Assembly (NCBI GenBank): GCA_951406725.2
Contig: OX597836.1
Location: 27,032,001-27,096,000, forward strand
Direction of reading: 5' to 3'
DNA length: 64,000 nucleotides
From: Octopus vulgaris
Lineage: Eukaryota
The notes below the pieces were generated by a model. The model had not been told where the DNA came from. It worked only from the letters and a program-made list of their open reading frames with translations, and did not search any database. A program made the position numbers and the translations under genes. Position 1 is the stretch's first letter. Every line of letters starts with the position of its first letter. Below are positions 58,612 through 64,000 of the stretch, in pieces.

Positions 58612-60236
58612 TATGAGGTGCTTTCCAAATGGTTTGAGACTTCTTTAGGAGAGGCAGTTGTAATTGTCCAAGATAATTATAATTTTAAATAATTATAATT
58701 GTCAGATAATTATAATTTTAAATAATTATAATTGTCAGATAATTATAATCGTCCAGGAGATAATTATAATTTTAGTGTATCATTACTATACATTTAATAA
58801 GCTGACCTGCCAACTTTTGTTATTCCAGATTGAAGGGAGAGGGCCGTAACAACACTTTGAATACATCCTGCTAAACACTGCTTGCTACAGCTGCCTAGTT
58901 TATAGAATACAGTTGGGGAGTGAAGACAATATGGAAGCTCACCACGCAATGAAGTTTTGTGTTAAACTGGGCAGAAACACTACAGAAAGCCATGAAGTGC
59001 TCCGGGTTGCTTGTTGATTAACTTGTATGAGCTGAGCGATCGCTTTCAGCTAGCACACAAGGTTCAAGGATGGTAGAGAGGAGGTGAGAGATGATGAGGT
59101 GTGGGAGGGAGAGGGATATTAGAATATCAGAACTGGGTGAGAAAATTGGTAATTTTCTGGATGAAGACTGTTGTGTGTCTATAAAGACAATAAGCATACA
59201 GTTTGGAAATGATGCGCCAGCTGTACACCAGCTGAACATACATGAAATTTGAGTAAAGTTTGTTCCTAGGGTGCTTACTGACGAGCAGAAGGAAAGACGC
59301 ATTGGTGACAGCAGGGAGATGGTTGGGCTCATTGTCTCCAATCCAAGACTACGTGAGTCTCTGGTGGCAAAAGCTAGATCTACTGTTGTGTTCTAGAGAC
59401 CAAAAAGTGCCCAATGGAAGCATCCTGGCTCTCCTAGACCCAAGATGGCCAGGCAAAGCAAGTCCACTAGGAAACTCATGATGACCTCTCCCACTTTTTT
59501 TGACAGCAAGGACATCATCTACATTCACTGGGCTCTTTCTGGCCAGACGGTCAACAAAGAGAACTTTGTGGAAATTTTAACCCTTTAGTATTTAAACCGG
59601 CCATATCCAGCCAAAATATTTAACCTGTTTATGTTCAAACTGACCAGATCCAGGCTCTCACACCTACCCTACAATGTTATTCTACATTTACACCATCAAG
59701 ATCTTGAAGATATGAGATAATGCATGATTAATTCAAATCAATGTGAATCAATAAGCATTACGTTTGATAGAATAATCTGAACACTAAAGGGTTAAGGGAG
59801 TTCAAAAAGAGATTTTGTCGCAAAAGGCCAGAGCTCTTCCACTCAGGTCAGAGGCATTGGCACCTAGACAAAGCACCAATCCATGATCCTGTCATGGTAA
59901 CCAACTATTTGACAGAGATGGACATCAAAACTGTCCTTCACTGTTCTTACAGACCAGGACCTTGCACCTTGTGGCTTTTGGTTGGTTCCCAAGGTGAACG
60001 AGAACATCAGGAGCAGTCCTTTTCAAAACATCAAGAAGATGAAGGAGGCTGAGACAAGGGTCCTGAATACCTTCACTTCTGAGGACTTCCATGGACCCTT
60101 CATGAAGTGGATGGTGTGTGCTACAACAAGTAAAATGAAGTCAAAGAGTCCTACTTTGAAGGAGATTAGTGTTTGGTACATCTTTGAAAATAATGTCTCT
60201 CATGGAAACGTCTCAAAACTTCTGGAATGAACCTTG

Positions 60237-60238
<2 letters not shown>
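58612..60238 (+). pseudogene. Decayed full-length mariner element with transposase pseudogene
   Basis: ~29-bp imperfect TIRs with TA; MKFCVKLGRNTTE, RFKDGREEVRDDERCGR, KFVPRVLT, WHLDKAPIH, YRPDLAP-like (frameshifted); stops and frameshifts. Confidence 0.88.
59577..59795. mobile_element. piggyBac-type MITE nested in mariner
   Basis: TTAA TSD; removing it restores the transposase frame. Confidence 0.88.
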
Positions 60239-60267
<29 letters not shown>

Positions 60268-60983
60268 ATATGCATAAATATATATAATTGTGTGTGTAAT
60301 GTATGTATCGCTTTATGTAATATGTCTGTAAGGCCCTATATATGTATATATATGCAAATATGAATGTATGCATATGTATGTACACACACGTGTATGTGTG
60401 CATGTTTATAAACGCACACACACACACAGTTACATGCTCACACATTATTACACGTACACACACACACTAATGTATAGAAAGCTGTATCTTTCTTAATCAC
60501 ATAATTCAAGATGGAGACAGGCAAGAACTCTTTGAATATTTTCACAGACCTGTCTTTTATCTTCTTTTGTTAAATTGTTTTTCAGTTTTTGCTTTTTTTG
60601 ATTCTCTTAAAATCTCTCCTTCTTCTAAGACAATACTGCTACAAGATTGGTGAAGTTTTCTTGAAGCACCAGATGTTTAGAAGAAGAATATTCTCAGGGT
60701 TAATTTCCAAAAAAATGGGGGAGAAAAAGCAATAATTGAAGAAAAAAAATGATTAAAGAAGTAAACAAAAACAAGTTTATTATTTTTTTTTTGTGATATT
60801 TTCCAAAAGGAAAAGAAATTTTTTATAGTTTTCTTTGAAAGAAAATTTTGGTTGCTTGTTTTTTGTTTTGTTTTGTTTTTCAAGTGTTGTAGTTAAAAAA
60901 ACAACAAAAGCCAATAGAAGGTTCTGGTGAAAAAACAAAAAAACAAAGCAAAAACCGATGATGTTGAATCAAAAATTTGTTTC

Positions 60984-61084
60984 TCACAATCCAAGTTGAT
61001 CCAACAGCAACACTAATGCAGCCAATATCAGAATGGTGCCGAATACGATAATTACTAATCCAGTTTCCATTCGTACGTAGTAAC
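60984..61084 (-). CDS. PREB: PREB last exon with transmembrane anchor (GYYVRMETGLVIIVFGTILILAALVLLLDQLGL*)
   Basis: TTACAG acceptor, phase 1, about 20 hydrophobic residues, TGA. Confidence 0.88.
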
Positions 61085-62110
61085 CTGTAAGAGACAGAAG
61101 AGGTCAAATAACATTGGTCAAGTGAATAGGTTTTGATAATATATAAGAAAGCATTTATTACAGGAAGGAAGTCTGTGGAATGGTCACTTTTAAGAAATTT
61201 CAGCCTGACAGCTGATCATTACAGAACAATGGCATTAACAGATAAACACTAACCAATGAAAGAAACCTGTCCCATTTCAAGAAAGAATGGTAAAGGAAAA
61301 AAAAAAAAACCGGAAGTATTTTAAGGTACTGACCTGTATGTGGTTTGTGTATCTGTACGATGTGGTCAGGGGAAATACTAAGGAGCTGGAAATCATGGGC
61401 ACCGGTCACAGCACGCATTGATTTAGAAACTGGTAGGAATTCAACACCAGTGATGAATATTCTGTGGGATTCTTGGACGTGGTATAATCTCTGCAATGGA
61501 ATAAAGGACAGGTGACTGAATTGGGAGATTTGTTTAATGACACACACAGACAAGCAAACAGACACATATATACAGACACAAAGACAGACACATAACACAC
61601 ACACAACCCTACCACAATAATTATTTAAAGATCATGCAAAACTATGTGTAAGCATGAATATATATCTTATCGCAAAGAAATTATACTTTCTTTCCAGCTT
61701 TCTCATTCTGTCTGTCTGGTCTGTCTCATTCTCTCTCTCTCTCTAGATATATATATATAAAATTTATTTTCTCTCTCTGTTTATTTCTGTGTTCCTTTCT
61801 GTTGAAGAGACTTTCTCACTTCCCATGCGTAAAACTAATACATCTGTTTGTTGTTTACACTCCCGTCTTCTTTTTTCTGTAAATTCTCACTATATATATA
61901 TATACACACACACACAGTGATAGACTGATGGATGAATAGAGACAAATACAGACACCACACACTTCAATACATTGCTATAGATTCATACACAGGACACACA
62001 GACAGACATAGAACCAGAACTGAATGGTCTACGGTACCTGGAGACTAAAAGAGATGTAAACACTGATGCTGCCTGAAATACTGCCAACCCCCAGGTAATC
62101 GCCGTCATCA
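60984..62110 (-). CDS. PREB: PREB / SEC12 (Sar1 guanine-nucleotide exchange factor), last three coding exons
   Basis: Spliced translation DDGDYLGVGSISGSISVYISFSLQ-RLYHVQESHRIFITGVEFLP...-TM tail resembles the vertebrate PREB C-terminus as recalled (G.FLG.G...GSV.IY.AFSLQ..Y.V.E.H...VT...FLP, then a hydrophobic anchor). Confidence 0.9.
61334..61490 (-). CDS. PREB: PREB exon (RLYHVQESHRIFITGVEFLPVSKSMRAVTGAHDFQLLSISPDHIVQIHKPHT)
   Basis: TTGCAG/GTCAGT sites; within ORF 61200..61604. Confidence 0.92.
62038..62110 (-). CDS. PREB: PREB exon (DDGDYLGVGSISGSISVYISFSLQ)
   Basis: TTTCAG acceptor and GTACCG donor on - strand; WD40-like. Confidence 0.9.
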
Positions 62111-64000
62111 CTGAAATGAAACAAAGAAGAATATTAACGAATCATGTGAAGGTGGTGAGCTGGCAGAGTCGTTAGCATGCTGGGCAAAATGCTTAGCGAC
62201 ATTTTTTCTGCCCTTATGTTCAGAGTTCAAATTCCACCGATGTCGATTTTGCCTTTCATCCTTTCAGAGTCGATAAAATAAGTACCAGTTACACACTGGG
62301 GTCGGTGTAATCGACTCATCCCCCTCCCTCAAAATTGCTGGCCTTGTGCCAAAATGTGAAACCAATATTAATGAATTATGGATCACAGTTGGCCATTAAT
62401 AACACCTGACAGGTGTTTAGTGGCAGCCAGAAGCTGGGATGTCTTTATCTATGATTAGTTACTTGGTGAATTCACAAGTTACTTGGCAACATCAAAGATC
62501 ATTTGGCAACACCAAAGGTTACTTGGCAATTTAACAGGTTGCTTGTCAACCTTACAAGTTGCTTCTCAAATGCAAAGGTTTCTTAGCAACCTTACAGGTT
62601 ACTCAGCTACCACACAGGTTACTTGGCAACTTCACCAGTGCCAGTGTTGTAATAATAGCACCTTGTACCCATATTAAAATGGTTGGCATTAGGATGAGCA
62701 ACAAGCCATAGAAAACATGTCAAAGCTGATACTAGAGCTTGTCAAACCATCTAACCCATGCCAGCATGGAAAATGGACGTTAAATGATGATGATGATGAA
62801 GTTGTCTGTTATGTCTTCAGGGGTTTTGAATATCTCATCACCAATAATGATATGATGACATTGGGGGGTGCACAAGGGTGTAGGAATAGTATTACCCAAA
62901 TAAATACTTGGATATGGTTATCTAGAATAATCTTTTGCAGAATTAATATGTTCACACACAATGTACTCTGGACTACGCCCAATGTAGGTACAATATGAAA
63001 CTAACACAGTAATCTAATACGAATGAGCAATGCTTATCAACTGTATAAACTGTCAACTACCAGCTGTCAGCTGCTCATTGTCAACTGCTCACTGCCAATT
63101 GCCACCCGCCTGCTGTCAACTGCTCAGTCAACTGCCTGCTGTCAACTACTCACTGTCAACTGCCTGCTGTCAACTGCCCACTTTCAACCCAACATTTCTT
63201 TATTTTTCTGAAATGCATTAAGGCCACTTTTGGTCATGTGGAGGTGATCAGAATCCTTCCACAACAATGTCCAACACAGTGTTGGTTTGTTTATATTCCC
63301 ATAACCCAGCAGTTTGTCACAAAGAGACTGACAGAATAAATATTAGACTTAAATAAGTATTGGGGTCAATTCATTCAACTAAAACCTTTCATGGTGGTGC
63401 CCCAGTATGGCCACAGTCCAATGACTGAAACAAGTAAAAGAATAAAAAGAAAATAAGGAGTTCAAGGGGTTTGCAGTGGGAACCACTTTTACAGTTGAGT
63501 GGACTGAGTCAATGACAGTGAGTCCAATGTTTGATGCCAGTGGAAGCATTTGAACCATAAACCATTTGATTACTGTTTAACCCTAAGTTGGCTCTCATCA
63601 GGCAGACCTATAATCAAACATGTTTCAGCCATGACCATCCTGCCTTTTCGTTTCTGGAATAATGTACAGCAGACTAAATTAGCCAATGTGTTCTGTTTCT
63701 ATGAGAAGGTGTGGTTTGAAGGAGATTTAGCTTCTATTTTTAGCAAGTCAAATGCTCCCAAGATGGTTCATAACTGTACAAATTTATCAATCATGCTTTC
63801 ATATCCCTCAACATTATACTCCACTCAGTTGAGGGGACTTTGTCTCGTGGGTCCTTGGTGACCTCACTAGGGCTGGTGCCATGAAAAAAAAAAACTCCCT
63901 GTAAACTCTCTGCAGTGGTTGGCATCAGGAAGGGCATCCAGCTGTAGAAACCATGCAAGAACACACACAGGAGCTTGGCACAACCCTCTAGCTTGTCTGT

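Noticed and set aside
62460-63190. Short degenerate repeats (CAGGTTACTTGGCAAC; CTGTCAACTGC) as PREB coding exons
   Set aside because: No convincing splice sites or WD40-like translation; intronic minisatellites.

Overview
AT-rich, intron-dominated animal DNA full of microsatellites and SINEs; the repeat landscape looks like Octopus (inference). The + strand carries 27 manually reconstructed coding exons of an M1-family (aminopeptidase N-like) gene. Six exons (1-9130) encode the C-terminal ERAP1_C domain of an upstream module. These can splice in frame (phase 2, 817-nt intron) into a complete second module of about 889 aa (9948-46227) that has intact GAMEN, HELAH..E and catalytic Tyr but no signal anchor, suggesting a tandem multi-module aminopeptidase. 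The - strand carries the last three coding exons of PREB/SEC12 (60984-62110), convergent with it. Non-coding DNA includes at least five SINE families, piggyBac-type and other MITEs, two Helitron-like elements, a dead mariner, CR1 and Dong/R4-like LINE fragments, and a solo LTR with a 7-unit heat-shock element. The most notable non-coding signal is a set of minimal type I hammerhead ribozyme motifs. They occur in a tRNA-headed SINE-like family with Penelope-like inverted ends and inside inverted repeats in the predicted aminopeptidase 3' UTR. Nearly all ORFs in the supplied track are microsatellite or SINE artefacts. All calls were made by eye, with no database searches.
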